DNA of 24,000 nucleotides from contig CAVRLH010000002.1 in assembly GCA_963721925.1 (NCBI GenBank), positions 14,336 through 38,335 of the forward strand, given 5' to 3'. The position numbers were made by a program, and so were the translations under genes. The stretch comes from an uncultured Actinomycetota bacterium. Lineage in GTDB: Bacteria > Actinomycetota > Actinomycetes > Propionibacteriales > Nocardioidaceae. Under the pieces are notes generated by a model that saw nothing but the letters and a program-made list of their open reading frames with translations, searched no databases and was not told the origin of the DNA. How positions within the stretch are numbered: position 1 is the stretch's first letter; each line of letters opens with the position of its first letter. This document shows, piece after piece, positions 23,851 through 24,000 of this stretch.

Positions 23851-24000
23851 ATGGCTTCCTTCCTCTATCGCATCGGACGCTTCGCGTTCGAGCGCCGCAG
23901 GCTGGTGTTGGCGGCGTGGGTGCTCGTGCTCGTCGCCGTCGCCGGCCTGGCTGGCGCGTTCAGCAAGAACGCTGATGCCCAGTTGTCGATCCCCGGCGTC
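23851..24000 (+). CDS. MMPL-family (RND-superfamily) membrane transporter, N-terminal fragment (continues beyond the window)
   Basis: ATG 23851 is preceded by AGGAGA (23837-23842). The translated N-terminus MASFLYRIGRFAFERRRLVLAAWVLVLVAVAGLAGAFSKNADAQLSIPGV matches the stereotyped MMPL start (RxGRFxxRRRxxVLxxW followed by TM1). The pairing with a TetR gene is also typical. Confidence 0.7.
   Translation, partial: MASFLYRIGRFAFERRRLVLAAWVLVLVAVAGLAGAFSKNADAQLSIPGV

Noticed and set aside
1-24000. Mobile-element boundaries, CRISPR arrays, tRNA/rRNA genes, or long direct/terminal inverted repeats flanking the 1-7274 cluster
   Set aside because: Reading both strands, I found no integrase, transposase or recombinase motifs, no repeat-spacer periodicity, no tRNA-like cloverleaf candidates and no obvious compositional break. 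The left boundary of the cluster lies outside the window, so island status cannot be judged here.

Overview
High-GC (~70%) actinobacterial-type chromosomal window with about 24 protein-coding genes. I recognise no rRNA, tRNA, CRISPR array, transposase or integrase. (1) nt 1-7274 is a tight co-directional plus-strand cluster and is the most unusual part of the window. It encodes an unknown helical protein that is open at the left edge, a trypsin-fold serine protease fused to a NUC (Serratia-type) endonuclease, a type-3-copper tyrosinase with a long C-terminal extension, a His/Cys-rich DUF2182-like multi-pass membrane protein, and a CHAT (caspase-like) protease with an uncharacterised ~420-aa N-terminal region. 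I read it as a candidate conflict or defence module in which proteases gate a latent phenoloxidase and a nuclease. (2) nt 7355-12225 is a conventional GlcNAc utilisation locus: a DasR/NagR-like GntR regulator lies divergent from PTS EIICBA-nagB-nagA, with two dre-like operators in the shared promoter region. (3) nt 12251-18249 holds a HAD hydrolase, small ORFs, a TagF-like glycerophosphotransferase, and a minus-strand TetR-SDR-DUF1330-AI-2E-transporter operon with overlapping stop/start codons. (4) nt 18365-22470 is a TetR-divergent ABC operon (ATPase plus two ABC-2 permease paralogs) that continues into a patatin-like phospholipase and a small alarmone synthetase joined by an ATGA overlap. 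From ~20300 onward every gene is interrupted by repeated +/-1 frameshifts, which means either local gene decay or local sequence error. (5) The right edge carries a second TetR regulator divergent from a partial MMPL transporter. All functional calls come from motifs read by eye in the supplied translations. No database search was run.
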